A DNA stretch of 64,000 nucleotides, from positions 74,433-138,432 of the forward strand of contig JAZLAZ010000020.1 of the NCBI GenBank assembly GCA_045613445.1, written 5' to 3'. Below are positions 7,866 through 18,099 of the stretch, piece after piece. Under the pieces are notes generated by a model. The model searched no databases and was not told where the DNA came from. It saw only the letters and a list, made by a program, of their open reading frames with translations. The position numbers were made by a program, and so were the translations under genes. How positions within the stretch are numbered: position 1 is the first letter of the stretch; every line of letters begins with the position of its first letter. This stretch comes from Candidatus Enterousia sp. GTDB lineage: Bacteria; Pseudomonadota; Alphaproteobacteria; Rs-D84.

Positions 7866-10097
7866 ATGAGTAAAGAAATTATTGAAAATATTGATTCACA
7901 ACAGTTATCAGATGCGTTGTCTGAACGCTATCTGTCGTATGCGGTCAGTACGATTGTATCCCGTGCGTTGCCGGATGTGCGTGATGGGTTAAAGCCTGTA
8001 CATCGCAGAATTTTGTATTCTATGTTGCGTCAGAAATTATCGCCAAATGCCGCATTTCGTAAGTGTGCAACAGTTGTCGGTGATGTATTGGGTCACTATC
8101 ACCCACATGGGGACAGTTCTGTGTACGATGCGATGGTACGCCTGGCCCAGGATTTTTCTGTACGCTATCCATTGATTGATGGTCAGGGTAACTTTGGTAA
8201 TATTGACGGTGACCCCCAGGCGGCATATCGTTATACAGAATCCAAGATGACCGAAGCAGCTATGCTGATTATGGAAGGTTTGGATGAAAACAGTGTTGAT
8301 ATGATGCCGAACTTTGACGGTACAACATTGGAACCGGTTGTTATGCCAGGTGCGTTCCCAAATTTACTGGCAAATGGTGGTATGGGTATTGCGGTTGGTA
8401 TGGCAACAAATATTCCAACTCATAATGTGGCTGAGGTTTGTGATGCACTGAATCTGGTTGTGGATAAACCTGATGCGACAACTGCCCAGATTATGAAAAA
8501 AATGATTGGGCCAGACTTTCCAACAGGTGGCATTTTAATCGATGGGTTTGAAACGATTGTAAAAAATTATGATACAGGCAAGGGTGCGTTCCGTATTCGT
8601 GCCAGATGGGAAATTGAAAATCTGGAACGTGGTGGCTGGCAGGTTGTGGTGTCTGAAATCCCATACGGTATTGTAAAGTCAAAATTGGTTGAACAAATTG
8701 CATCACTGATTGATGCGAAAAAGTTGCCATTGGTTGATGATATTATCGATGAATCAACCACAGATGTTCGTATTGTTATCACGCCAAAGTCGCGCAATAT
8801 CCCTGCGGATAAAATGATGGCACATTTATTTGCGATGTCGGATTTGGAATATCGCTTTAACATGAACTTTAATGTGATTGATTCACATGGTGCGCCGCGT
8901 GTAATGCCAATTGGCGATGTCTTGCGTGAATTTATTGCGCATCAAAAAGATGTTTTGTGTCGTCGTACACAATGGCGTTTGAATAATATTGCGCGCAGAT
9001 TGGAAATCTTGGGCGGGTTGCTGGTTGTATATCTGAATTTGGACAGGGTAATTGAAATCATCAGAAATGAAGATGATGCTAAAGCTGTCTTGATGGCTGA
9101 ATTCAATTTGACCGAGGTACAAGTAGAAGCCATATTAAACACACGCCTGCGTTCGTTGCGTAAATTAGAAGAAATGGAAATCAAACGCGAAGATGCTGCA
9201 CTGCGCGAAGAACAAAAACAATTACAGGCATTGTTGGCCAGTGAAGATGCACAAAATGAACAGTTAAAGGCATGGTTTAACGATATTAAAAAGACATACG
9301 ATAAAAAGACTAAGTTGGGGCGTCGCCGTACAACATGGGCAGAACAGACAGAAGAAATTGTTGTCAACGCAGATGAATTTATCGAAAAAGAACCGCTGAC
9401 TATTATTTTGTCCACAATGGGTTGGATACGCGCCGCCAAGGGACATTTGGACTTGAATGCGTTGGATATGAAATTCAAAGAAGGTGATGAGTTACATTCC
9501 GCGTTCCATGCAATGTCAACAGACAAGATAAACCTGTTTGTATCCAGTGGCAAAATGTTCACATTATCTGCGAACGATTTGCCGTCTGCCCGCGGTTTTG
9601 GTGAATCTGTGCGTATGATGGCAGATATTGCTGCGGATGAAGATATTGTTTGTGCATTTGTGCTGGATACAAATGCAAAATATTTGCTGGCAACACGTCA
9701 TGGAAATGGTTTCATTATTTCTGGGGAAAATTGTTTGGCCCAGACCAAAAACGGCAAACAGGTAATGAACATTGATGGCAAGAATACTGCGCATATGTGC
9801 GTGCGTGTGTCGGGAGATATGATTGCGATGTCTGGATCAAATGATAAATTGCTGATATTTGCGACAAATGAAATACCAGAGATGTCCAGGGGCAAGGGTG
9901 TAATATTACAGAAATATAATGCCGAACGCACATATATTTTAGATATAATGTTTTTTAATGAAAGTGATGGTTTCGGCTGGACAACGGGTCGTGGTACGAC
10001 CAAGTTGGATGATTGGGCACCATGGCGTGGCAAACGCGCATCCCAGGGGCGTACAGTCCCAGTTGGATTCCCACGCAGTGGAAAATTTGGAAAATAA
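7866..10097 (+). CDS. parC: DNA topoisomerase IV subunit A
   Basis: [18 protein letters not shown] and [11 protein letters not shown]. At 743 aa with no GyrA-box, ParC is favoured over GyrA. Confidence 0.8.
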   Translation: MSKEIIENIDSQQLSDALSERYLSYAVSTIVSRALPDVRDGLKPVHRRILYSMLRQKLSPNAAFRKCATVVGDVLGHYHPHGDSSVYDAMVRLAQDFSVRYPLIDGQGNFGNIDGDPQAAYRYTESKMTEAAMLIMEGLDENSVDMMPNFDGTTLEPVVMPGAFPNLLANGGMGIAVGMATNIPTHNVAEVCDALNLVVDKPDATTAQIMKKMIGPDFPTGGILIDGFETIVKNYDTGKGAFRIRARWEIENLERGGWQVVVSEIPYGIVKSKLVEQIASLIDAKKLPLVDDIIDESTTDVRIVITPKSRNIPADKMMAHLFAMSDLEYRFNMNFNVIDSHGAPRVMPIGDVLREFIAHQKDVLCRRTQWRLNNIARRLEILGGLLVVYLNLDRVIEIIRNEDDAKAVLMAEFNLTEVQVEAILNTRLRSLRKLEEMEIKREDAALREEQKQLQALLASEDAQNEQLKAWFNDIKKTYDKKTKLGRRRTTWAEQTEEIVVNADEFIEKEPLTIILSTMGWIRAAKGHLDLNALDMKFKEGDELHSAFHAMSTDKINLFVSSGKMFTLSANDLPSARGFGESVRMMADIAADEDIVCAFVLDTNAKYLLATRHGNGFIISGENCLAQTKNGKQVMNIDGKNTAHMCVRVSGDMIAMSGSNDKLLIFATNEIPEMSRGKGVILQKYNAERTYILDIMFFNESDGFGWTTGRGTTKLDDWAPWRGKRASQGRTVPVGFPRSGKFGK

Positions 10098-10122
10098 AAT
10101 CCCCCGACCGGGGGATTTTTTA
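10096..10122. terminator. bidirectional terminator shared by parC and the MotB-like gene
   Basis: aaaATCCCCCgaccGGGGGATttttt. The stop codon of the minus-strand gene lies in the T-tract. Confidence 0.75.
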
Positions 10123-11211
10123 TCTGTTGGTCAGTTGTAATTCAATACGACGATTTTTTTGCAGGCTGGTTGCATCGTCGCCAGATGATATTGGATACAT
10201 TTCTCCAAATCCTGTTGGTATCAATCGACGCTTTGACACGCCGTTGGATACCAATTCGTTTACAACAGCGCTGGCGCGTAATAATGATAATTGTGTGTTG
10301 TTGCGATAACCACGCGTCCCAGATATCACCTGTTTTTTATCTGTGTGTCCGTCAACGCGGATAATCCAATCAATGTCTGTTGGGATTTGTGATTCCATGT
10401 TTTTTATTACATCGGAAATCAATTTTAACTGCTTTTTACCCGCCGCAGACAATTTATAAGAACCACTGGGAAATAATATGTCACTGTTCACGATAAACCT
10501 GTCACCGTCAGCAGTGATTGATGTATTGTCGCCCATCGCCAATTTTACAGCTTTGTAAAATTGCGATTGGTATTTTGAAACATCTTTTAATTCGGCAACT
10601 TTATCAGCCAGTGCCTTGTTTAATTTGTTTGACATTTCAATATATTGGATTTCTTGGGCGTGGGATTTTTCTTCTGCCATGTCCAATGCTGCCTGTAATT
10701 TGCCCAACTGGGCTGTCAATTCTGCATATTGAGCAGACATTTGTTCTTGCAATAATTTGCGTTCTTGTTCCAGTTGAATTGATTTTTCGCGGCTGATGTT
10801 GGCCTGATTTAACTGGACAGCCAATTTGTCGATTTCTGATTGTTTTAAGTCGATTTCAGCCTGTTTTTCAGTGATTTCAGATTGCATAGTTTCAATCTTG
10901 GATTCGTATGCGCCAATCAAATCTTCTGTATTTATGTCAACGTTTTCCAATTCATCACGTGCCAGTAATAATAAACGATTGGCTTCGCGTTTGTATGATT
11001 CCATTTCTTCAATCGTTTGCGCTTGTTCTGCATTGACTTGTTTTAATTCAGCAACTGCGCGTGTGCCAGTGGACTTGTTAAACACACTGGTGGTCGTCCA
11101 CAAGAATACAAACATAATCAACAAGAATATCAATATAATTACCAGATTTGAAAACAGATCGACAAAACCTGGCCATGCGCTGGTTTGACTGCGATAACGG
11201 ATATTCATCAT
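10120..11211 (-). CDS. MotB/OmpA-family stator-like protein with long coiled coil
   Basis: N-terminal TM with a conserved Asp (AWPGFVDLFSNLVIILIF). About 200 aa of heptad-rich linker, then a C-terminal OmpA-like PG-binding domain (VDGHTD...NRRIEL). Confidence 0.75.
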   Translation of the reverse strand: MMNIRYRSQTSAWPGFVDLFSNLVIILIFLLIMFVFLWTTTSVFNKSTGTRAVAELKQVNAEQAQTIEEMESYKREANRLLLLARDELENVDINTEDLIGAYESKIETMQSEITEKQAEIDLKQSEIDKLAVQLNQANISREKSIQLEQERKLLQEQMSAQYAELTAQLGKLQAALDMAEEKSHAQEIQYIEMSNKLNKALADKVAELKDVSKYQSQFYKAVKLAMGDNTSITADGDRFIVNSDILFPSGSYKLSAAGKKQLKLISDVIKNMESQIPTDIDWIIRVDGHTDKKQVISGTRGYRNNTQLSLLRASAVVNELVSNGVSKRRLIPTGFGEMYPISSGDDATSLQKNRRIELQLTNR

Positions 11212-11242
11212 TTTTTTCTCTCTCTATTTTTTTCTTTTTGTG

Positions 11243-12016
11243 CTATGCGTCAGACAGGGTTTGTTCTAATGTCTGAACACTTTTGGTCAGTTCATGGGTT
11301 GCTAAGTTTATCTTTGGTAAAACACGGGCGATTTCATCAGCTGCAGAAATGGTCGTGCGGGCAGATAAAAAGTCTGATAATGTGCGGAATATGCTGTTTT
11401 GTGCAATTTGAACCTGTAACCCCAAAAAACCAACAATCAAACTGCCTGCCAGACCCAATAATGAACTGGTAAACGCGGTTGTCATTCCAGATAAAGGCTT
11501 GTATATGCCTGTTTGCATAGACTGTAATACCGATTCGTCAGAAAAGTTTAATGATGCAATCAATTCTGCAAAACCACCAACAGTTAAAATCAACCCCCAA
11601 AAGGTACCCAATAACCCCAAGAATATTAAAATGTTCGTTATATATCGTACTGATTCACGGGAATCTTCAAAACGCATCTGTATCATGTCCGATACATTGT
11701 CCAATGTTGATGCAGATATTTTACGGGTGTTGTGTGATAATATTTGTGCCACAGGACGCAATAAACGCGGAGGTATAATAAGCGCACCACGACCAGATGT
11801 GTATGCGTGTAACCATTTGTATTCAGGTAATAGTTGAAATACCAATACAAAACACAGACCGATTCCGAACAGTGTTGTTCCAATAATAATACCGTTTAAC
11901 CATATGTTTGCAGTTGCAATTTGCATGAATTCTGCATTGAAATACAGTACCAATGCAACAACTAGCGCGGTAAATAACGCCATACGGTTCAAAACAAAAT
12001 GAAATTGTTTCTGCAT
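11243..12016 (-). CDS. MotA/TolQ/ExbB proton-channel family protein
   Basis: LGLLGTFWGL and TTAFTSSLLGLAGSLIVG signature segments. Directly upstream of the MotB-like gene. Confidence 0.7.
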   Translation of the reverse strand: MQKQFHFVLNRMALFTALVVALVLYFNAEFMQIATANIWLNGIIIGTTLFGIGLCFVLVFQLLPEYKWLHAYTSGRGALIIPPRLLRPVAQILSHNTRKISASTLDNVSDMIQMRFEDSRESVRYITNILIFLGLLGTFWGLILTVGGFAELIASLNFSDESVLQSMQTGIYKPLSGMTTAFTSSLLGLAGSLIVGFLGLQVQIAQNSIFRTLSDFLSARTTISAADEIARVLPKINLATHELTKSVQTLEQTLSDA

Positions 12017-12109
12017 ATAATATAATCCCTGCCTGATGATAGAATCATAGTAAATTTTTGTAAATTATGTCAATAGGGATTTGTTATGCTTGTTGTTATT
12101 AAAAAATAC

Positions 12110-12138
12110 TTGATTTTTGTCAGAATTTATACATAATA
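12110..12138 (+). promoter_or_regulatory. putative sigma70 promoter of rpsF operon
   Basis: aaaatacTTGATT, 16/17 nt spacer, cATAATa. Confidence 0.45.
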
Positions 12139-12196
12139 TGTGTCGTTCCTGCTGATAACAATGGTGTTGTCGGCTGTATAAACCAAAGGAAATAAA

Positions 12197-12535
12197 ATGG
12201 CTTATTACGAAAGCGTCTTGGTTTTCCGCCAGGACTTGACTGAACCGCAGGTAAAAGAAAAAGCGGCTAAATTTACAGAAATTATCAAAGAATTGGGTGG
12301 GGATGTTAAATCTACAGAATTCTGGGGATTGAAAAACTTGGCATACATCATTCGTAAAAACCGCAAGGCTCATTACGTTATGTTGAATATCGAATTGCCA
12401 GGTGCACAAATTACAGAATTGGAACGCCGTTCACGCATTGATGAAGACGTTATTCGTTTCTTGAATGTTCGTGTTGAAGAATTATCAACAACACCTTCTA
12501 TTATGATGAAAAAGAACACAGAGGAGGTAGAATAA
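12197..12535 (+). CDS. rpsF: 30S ribosomal protein S6
   Basis: [14 protein letters not shown]... typical S6; followed by rpsR. Confidence 0.92.
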   Translation: MAYYESVLVFRQDLTEPQVKEKAAKFTEIIKELGGDVKSTEFWGLKNLAYIIRKNRKAHYVMLNIELPGAQITELERRSRIDEDVIRFLNVRVEELSTTPSIMMKKNTEEVE

Positions 12536-12762
12536 TGGCAGTTCGTGCAGCAATTTATCGTAAAAAATCTAACCCATTAAAAGGTAAGGTTATCGATTAT
12601 AAAGATATTAAATTATTGTCACATTATATCACAGAACGTGGTAAAATCGTGCCAAGTCGTATCAGTGGTGTTTCTCAAAAAGATCAACGCGCGTTGGCAA
12701 CAGCTATTAAACGTGCACGCCATTTGGGATTGATGCCATTTGTTCGCAACAATCTTGGATAA
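12535..12762 (+). CDS. rpsR: 30S ribosomal protein S18
   Basis: [26 protein letters not shown] motif. ATG overlaps the rpsF stop. Confidence 0.92.
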   Translation: MAVRAAIYRKKSNPLKGKVIDYKDIKLLSHYITERGKIVPSRISGVSQKDQRALATAIKRARHLGLMPFVRNNLG

Positions 12763-12910
12763 AAATAATCATAGTGGATATTTAATTGTTGGTGACAGTG
12801 TGTAATATTTGTATATTTATGCTTTATCGCCAACAATATATCGCTTTGATTGTTTACTAACAATATTTGGGAATAAGTCCCTAACTTATAAAAAACAATA
12901 AGGACAGATT

Positions 12911-13507
12911 ATGAAAGTTATCTTGACAGAAAAAATTACAAAATTAGGCAATATCGGCGATACAGTCGAAGTTAAAACAGGTTTCGCACGTAACTATTTG
13001 TTGCCAAATGGTAAGGCAATGCGTTTCACACGCGAAAATGTTGCTTTGTTCGAAGCAAAGAAAGCAGAATTGACAGCACGTCAAGAAGCGGCAAAAAAAT
13101 CAGCAGAAGCAAATGTAGATGCAGTGAAAAATGCAAAATTACATATGATTCGTCAGGCTGGCGATACAGGTCAATTGTATGGTTCTGTGTCGACTCGCGA
13201 TATCGCACGCATGTTGAAAGAAGTCGCAAATGTTTCTGTTGAATCAGCACAGGTTTTGTTGGGCGCGCCAATCAAATCTGTTGGTGCGTTTGATACAAAA
13301 ATCGCATTGCACCCAGATGTAGTTGTGCCTGTAAAAATCTATGTTGCTCAGACACAAGATGAAATTGAAGCATTGGTTGCTGGTAAAGTTTTGACATTTG
13401 GTTCAAAGAAAGTCGAAGAAGAAGCAACAGAAGAAGTGGTTGCAGAAGAAGCAGTAACAGAAGAAACTGTTGTTGCAGAAGATGCACCGGTTGCAGATGC
13501 GGAATAA
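12911..13507 (+). CDS. rplI: 50S ribosomal protein L9 with acidic C-terminal tail
   Basis: MKVILTEKITKLGNIGDTVEVKTGFARNYLLPNGKA. Confidence 0.9.
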   Translation: MKVILTEKITKLGNIGDTVEVKTGFARNYLLPNGKAMRFTRENVALFEAKKAELTARQEAAKKSAEANVDAVKNAKLHMIRQAGDTGQLYGSVSTRDIARMLKEVANVSVESAQVLLGAPIKSVGAFDTKIALHPDVVVPVKIYVAQTQDEIEALVAGKVLTFGSKKVEEEATEEVVAEEAVTEETVVAEDAPVADAE

Positions 13508-13524
13508 TTTCTGATGATATGTAT

Positions 13525-13553
13525 AAAAATCCGCCAAATTGGCGGATTTTTAT
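13525..13553. terminator. bidirectional terminator between rplI and the methyltransferase gene
   Basis: aaaaATCCGCCaaatTGGCGGATtttt. Confidence 0.75.
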
Positions 13554-14473
13554 TTTTCAAATACTGAAAACAATTCCCAATGTGCACTGCCACAGAATTG
13601 ATCAACGGGAATTAGTGTCGTTATGTGATAGCCACCTGATTTTAATATTTCTGAATCTGTTTTCCATGTGTTTGGATTGCATGATATGTAAATAATTTTT
13701 TGTATGTTGCTGTGTGCCAATTCTGTGCACTGTTTTTTTGCACCAGCACGCGGAGGATCCATGATAATACAGTCATATTGCTGTAACATGCCGATGGTCA
13801 ATGGATGTGTAAACAAGTCGCGTTTTATGCCTGTGCCAACAATGTCAAAACCTGTGGCGTTTGTAGCAAATGTAAAATTGCCCAGACCGCAGAACAAATC
13901 TGCAATTTTTGTATAACCTTTTGTGTGTTCTGTAACTAGATTGCGTAAATTGTCTGCACCATTGATACTGGGTTGTAAAAATGCGTTTGATGGGTATTGT
14001 ACTGTGTGTTCACCGAAACGGATGATCGGTTGTTCTGTTTGTTTTATTTTTTGATTGTTCCAAGTTATACGAATGGCGGGAACTTGTATTGCAGATGCAC
14101 GAAATTCTGGTGTGAAATATGGGATGTTTGATGTTATCGCAATGTCGATTCCATTGTCACATTCTGTGATAAGGCATGAACCAGAACCGCACCATGGTAA
14201 TTTGTGCATGTATGGTAATATTTGATTTATGCCATCTGTCAGGTTTATACAATTATCAATATTTATAATGTTTTTTGTTTTGTTTTCATAAAAACCAAAT
14301 TGATTTGGGGCAAAGCAAAAGTCTGCACGACGGCGTGTGCCATATGGTATCCATATAGGGTGTGTAACAGGTAACGCACTGTCTAGTGATTTTAGCTTTT
14401 TTGATTGGTATTCTGGTGATGTAAAATCGTATTTGCAACCCCCACACTTGCCAAAAAATGGACATCTGGTCAT
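13550..14473 (-). CDS. RumA/TrmA-family SAM-dependent RNA (uracil-5) methyltransferase, no TRAM domain
   Basis: N-terminal Fe-S Cys cluster CPFFGKCGGCKYD, DPPRAG motif, catalytic-Cys region ISCNP. Confidence 0.7.
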   Translation of the reverse strand: MTRCPFFGKCGGCKYDFTSPEYQSKKLKSLDSALPVTHPIWIPYGTRRRADFCFAPNQFGFYENKTKNIINIDNCINLTDGINQILPYMHKLPWCGSGSCLITECDNGIDIAITSNIPYFTPEFRASAIQVPAIRITWNNQKIKQTEQPIIRFGEHTVQYPSNAFLQPSINGADNLRNLVTEHTKGYTKIADLFCGLGNFTFATNATGFDIVGTGIKRDLFTHPLTIGMLQQYDCIIMDPPRAGAKKQCTELAHSNIQKIIYISCNPNTWKTDSEILKSGGYHITTLIPVDQFCGSAHWELFSVFEK

Positions 14474-14485
14474 TGTGTGCCTTTT

Positions 14486-15142
14486 TTAGAAGTGTATCCG
14501 TGCGCCAGCGCGTAATTGATGGGCGGTTGGTGCAAAGTCAGATATGATATTGTTGGCACCGTTGAACATATAGATATATTTATACCCGAAATCCAACGCA
14601 AACAGTTCGTTAAATTCAACGCTGATGCCCGCCATCGCAGATATTACAGGTGAAAATTTATGTTCCATTATAATACTGTCGCGTCCATAGTTCCATGATG
14701 CGCCCGCACCAAAACCGACATATGGAACCAGTATTTGTGTGTCAAATATGCGATATATACTGTCGATTCTGGCATCCCATATCAAATTCATTATTGCCAT
14801 GTTTGAATTAAATGATACAGAATCCCATTTCGCATTTGAATTTATGTAATTTGCTTCTAAGCGGAATGTGTCATATAAACGAAGACCTGCAACAATATCA
14901 AAAGATGATGTATTGTTGCCGTTCAATGCCATGTTTGTATCAGTTGTAAAATCTTGCCACATTGTATAGTTATATGATGCACCGATATAGTAGTGTTTCC
15001 TGTCTGATAATTCGTGTCTGTTGTTACCATTTGGCGCCAGTTTACGTGGAATTTCAATTTGTTCAACACGGTATACAATTTCTGCATTGGCCATTAGTGG
15101 TAATGATAAACACAGCAATGTAAAGAATAATGTTTTTTTCAT
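14486..15142 (-). CDS. small outer-membrane beta-barrel protein
   Basis: Signal peptide, alternating aromatic beta-strand pattern, C-terminal ...GARIHF. Confidence 0.65.
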   Translation of the reverse strand: MKKTLFFTLLCLSLPLMANAEIVYRVEQIEIPRKLAPNGNNRHELSDRKHYYIGASYNYTMWQDFTTDTNMALNGNNTSSFDIVAGLRLYDTFRLEANYINSNAKWDSVSFNSNMAIMNLIWDARIDSIYRIFDTQILVPYVGFGAGASWNYGRDSIIMEHKFSPVISAMAGISVEFNELFALDFGYKYIYMFNGANNIISDFAPTAHQLRAGARIHF

Positions 15143-15156
15143 CTTGGTTGTCCTTG

Positions 15157-15930
15157 TTAGAAGTTTGCGCGTATTGTGGTCATCAAATTGCTGATACTGT
15201 TGACACCGCCATCAGATGTACCCCAACCAAATCCGTTGCCAATCATCATTTGATATTGATATGCAATATCAATACCAATAATGTCGTTGAACATAACAGA
15301 TACACCCAATGTTGCGCGTGGCGCAGCAATTACCATACCGTCTGATCCATTTGAACCTTGAAATTGATATGTGCCGATTGATGCGCCCAAACCCATAAAT
15401 GGAACAAATGTTCTGCGGTGTGCAATGTCACCAGATTGTATATATCTGCGCGCAAAGTCAAAGTATAGTGTGCCACCAATAGTATTATATGTTGCGTGTA
15501 GATTTGATAAATCTTGGAATTTTAATTCAGATGTTTGAAAATCTATTTCTGTGCGTACATATGAAGATAAGTTCCAGCCCAATCCAATTTGGGCAGTATA
15601 ACTGTTTTCTGGTTTGTGGTCAGAACCAAAATAATTCGCAGAATCTGTTGCAAAATCAAGATTTATTCCGCCACCCATACGAACATACATTGTAGTTGGT
15701 ATGAATACTTGGATGTTGTCATTGGCCACAGCGCCGATATGTTCGTATACAGCGAAACCCAATTCAGTTGGCACATCATCAGGTATTGTTTTGGCCAGTG
15801 TTGGCGCAACAACGATATCCAGTCCAGATGCAACTTCGTTCTTGAATTTCTTGTCTGTATAATTTGATGCATTTGCATATGTCAAACTGCAAAAAATCAT
15901 TAAAAGTGTCATATAAGATATTTTTTTCAT
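15157..15930 (-). CDS. small outer-membrane beta-barrel protein
   Basis: Signal peptide ...TYANA and C-terminal ...TIRANF. In tandem with the previous OMP. Confidence 0.65.
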   Translation of the reverse strand: MKKISYMTLLMIFCSLTYANASNYTDKKFKNEVASGLDIVVAPTLAKTIPDDVPTELGFAVYEHIGAVANDNIQVFIPTTMYVRMGGGINLDFATDSANYFGSDHKPENSYTAQIGLGWNLSSYVRTEIDFQTSELKFQDLSNLHATYNTIGGTLYFDFARRYIQSGDIAHRRTFVPFMGLGASIGTYQFQGSNGSDGMVIAAPRATLGVSVMFNDIIGIDIAYQYQMMIGNGFGWGTSDGGVNSISNLMTTIRANF

Positions 15931-16014
15931 ATTTTTTAACTTTTATTGTTTTGTTTCTGCATATTATTTTATCATAAATTGTAACTTGATTCCAGTCTGA
16001 TTTATTCGTACCAT

Positions 16015-16848
16015 ATGGATATGAAAAAGAAAAATACAGATAAAAAGATTGCTATCGTAGCTGGCGCATATGATTTGCCTTTTTTAACGCGTGATGCATT
16101 GAAAAGAGCAGGTTGGGATGTATTTGTTATCGGCTTAAAGAACTTTTATGATGAACGATTAAATCCTGATATGGTAATTAGGTTAGGTGGTGGTGGTCGC
16201 GCTGTTCGGGCGGCTAAACGCATGGGAATATCCAAGGTTACTTTTGTTGGATCATTGGGACATCCTGATTTGTCTGATTTGCGTCCGGATTTTTGGACTT
16301 TGCGTGCTTTATTTACTTTTTTAAGATATCAACGGGGGTATGATTCAATGGCAATTGCGATAAATAAAATTATGGAAAAACAAGGACTAGAAGTTGTGGC
16401 TGCACAGGATTTGGCCCCAGAATTGGCATTTGAAACAGCGGGGGTAAAAACGCGTGTAAAACCCAGCGCTGCGGATAAAAAGAATATTGAACGCGCAATT
16501 CAAGTTTCGCATACAATTGGTCGCGAAGATATCGGGGCATCTGTTGTTGTGGATAAACAGGTTATTGCCGTAGAAGCAGCCGAAGGTACCGCCAGAATGT
16601 TGGAACGGGTGGTTGCAATGCGTGCAAAAAAAAGAAAGTCCAGTGGGGTATTTGCCAAGATGACAAAGCCAGGACAAGATTTGCGTATCGATATTCCTGC
16701 AATTGGCGTTGATACTGTGAATGCTGTGGCAGCAGCGCATTTAAGGGGAATTGTTGTAAATACAAAAACTTGTTTTGTTGTAAATAAAGACGCTGTTGTA
16801 AAGCAAGCTGATAAGTTGGGAATCTTTATTTTGGCATTGGATGAATAA
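16015..16848 (+). CDS. lpxI: UDP-2,3-diacylglucosamine pyrophosphatase LpxI
   Basis: IAIVAGAYDLP N-terminus and KPGQDLRIDIPAIGVDTV C-terminal motif typical of LpxI/DUF1009. Confidence 0.7.
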   Translation: MDMKKKNTDKKIAIVAGAYDLPFLTRDALKRAGWDVFVIGLKNFYDERLNPDMVIRLGGGGRAVRAAKRMGISKVTFVGSLGHPDLSDLRPDFWTLRALFTFLRYQRGYDSMAIAINKIMEKQGLEVVAAQDLAPELAFETAGVKTRVKPSAADKKNIERAIQVSHTIGREDIGASVVVDKQVIAVEAAEGTARMLERVVAMRAKKRKSSGVFAKMTKPGQDLRIDIPAIGVDTVNAVAAAHLRGIVVNTKTCFVVNKDAVVKQADKLGIFILALDE

Positions 16849-16864
16849 TAAAAAGGAATTGTAG

Positions 16865-17467
16865 ATGTTAAAAAAGACAGAAGTTGTGTTATTTGATTTT
16901 GATGGAACATTATCCGCGTATGATGCGAATTTTGAATTCGCAAAATATTGTTTTCGCAGGTCTTTGCGTCCTTGGTTGTTTTCACCTTTGATTTTGTTGG
17001 GTGCAGTTGCACGTAAATTTAATCCAGGTGGTGTCTGGTGGCGCGAGACTATGCGCAGATTTGTGAATGAGAAGACGGTAAAAAAATATGCATCCGGATT
17101 TATAAAACAGCATAAACGCAATCGCTTTGGTTGGGCTAAAGAACGTGTGCAAAGCGAACGCGACGCAGGTCGTAAAGTTGTTATGTTGTCGGCATCGCCA
17201 AATTATCTGTTGCGTCCATTGGTTCGTGATATGAATTTTGATGCAGTCTTTTGTTCTGAAATGGATCCGAAAAAACCGTGGAAATATCGTGTTTTGTGTT
17301 GGGGAGCGAACAAGGTTTATATTATGGACCAATGGGCCAAGGAAAATAAGATAATTCCACATGTTGTACGTGCATATTCAGACAGTAAGTCTGATATGCC
17401 AATGATGGAAATCGCAGATGAACAAGTTTGGATTGATCCCAAAACTGGTATGCGAAAAGATGCCTAG
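16865..17467 (+). CDS. HAD-superfamily hydrolase
   Basis: DFDGTL motif I; SASP and YSDSKSDMPM motifs. Confidence 0.65.
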   Translation: MLKKTEVVLFDFDGTLSAYDANFEFAKYCFRRSLRPWLFSPLILLGAVARKFNPGGVWWRETMRRFVNEKTVKKYASGFIKQHKRNRFGWAKERVQSERDAGRKVVMLSASPNYLLRPLVRDMNFDAVFCSEMDPKKPWKYRVLCWGANKVYIMDQWAKENKIIPHVVRAYSDSKSDMPMMEIADEQVWIDPKTGMRKDA

Positions 17468-17493
17468 TGAAGTTTATTTAATTTAATATTAAA

Positions 17494-17769
17494 GTGTATC
17501 CTATGGTTATCATGGATACACTTTTTGATGTGCTTAGTGCAACAATTGGTGCGGTTGTTGGTGCAATGTTTGCTTTCTTCTTGAATCGTAAACGCAGTCG
17601 TCAAATGATGCGGCAATCTGTTACCAGTCGTCAAGAACTGACAGCGTTACGACAGGAAAACGATAGATTATTAGAGCAAATAAAAACCAAAGAAGATATT
17701 ATCTTAAAAATGCAAATGCAGTTGCTGGGTGATTCTGGGGCTGTAAAACCTAAAAAATCAAAAAAATAA
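17494..17769 (+). CDS. hypothetical membrane-anchored coiled-coil protein (91 aa)
   Basis: One TM segment, then heptad-like QELTALRQENDRLLEQIK. GTG start. Confidence 0.4.
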   Translation: MYPMVIMDTLFDVLSATIGAVVGAMFAFFLNRKRSRQMMRQSVTSRQELTALRQENDRLLEQIKTKEDIILKMQMQLLGDSGAVKPKKSKK

Positions 17770-17840
17770 ATCGATTGATACAGTCGGTTCTTCGTCCAAC
17801 ACAGACCAAAATAAAAATCCCCAAAAGGGGATTTTAATTC

Positions 17841-17859
17841 TGGTGGCCCTGGTCGGACT
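17841..17859 (-). repeat. orphan copy of the last 19 nt of tRNA-Leu(CAA), followed by a terminator-like hairpin
   Basis: tggtggccctggtcggact is identical to 17995-18013. Both copies are preceded by attc and a GGGG/CCCC hairpin. Confidence 0.8.
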
Positions 17860-17994
17860 GTAAATTCCCATCTGCGGTGCGTCACCGCGATGGGCCCCTT
17901 TCGCCTGCGGCTCGAACCGGTCGGTTCTTCGTCCGGCCCGCAAAATACAATATAAATAAAAAATATCCCACAAGGGGATATTTTCTATTAATTC

Positions 17995-18079
17995 TGGTGG
18001 CCCTGGTCGGACTCGAACCGACACTCCTTGCAGAACTTGATTTTGAGTCAAGCGCGTCTACCAATTCCGCCACGGGGCC
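17995..18079 (-). tRNA. tRNA-Leu(CAA), CCA encoded
   Basis: Reverse complement is GGCCCCGTGGCGGAATTGGTAGACGCGCTTGACTCAAAATCAAGTTCTGCAAGGAGTGTCGGTTCGAGTCCGACCAGGGCCACCA. One C:A mismatch in the acceptor stem. Confidence 0.85.
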
Positions 18080-18099
18080 ATGGCATCAGAAAGCAATTA

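Noticed and set aside
8942-9562. 206-aa ORF antisense to parC. Similar long antisense ORFs occur at 29374-30069 (clpX), 20760-21128 (clpB), 16500-17012 (lpxI/HAD), 26666-27289 (Cys-rich genes) and 47204-47581.
   Set aside because: They lie entirely within, or span the boundaries of, strongly supported genes on the other strand. They are low-complexity Ser/Ile-rich translations with no RBS or motifs, typical shadow ORFs of an AT-rich genome.
10120-12016. MotA/MotB-like pair as a Zorya anti-phage system
   Set aside because: The MotA-like protein is only 257 aa, with no long ZorA tail, and no ZorC/ZorD-like or other effector genes are adjacent.
12763-12910. 148-bp gap between rpsR and rplI with an 11-bp inverted repeat (ATTGTTGGTGA ... 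TCGCCAACAAT)
   Set aside because: It is a single imperfect hairpin with a 31-nt AT-rich loop. There is no terminator tract, ORF or second copy, so there is not enough to call a feature.
17860-17994. GC-rich block with a TTCGA-containing segment considered as a two-piece (permuted) alphaproteobacterial tmRNA or a decayed tRNA
   Set aside because: The acceptor end is Leu-like (GGGCCACCA), not Ala-like. There is no tag reading frame ending in ..AA and no proper T-arm pairing.
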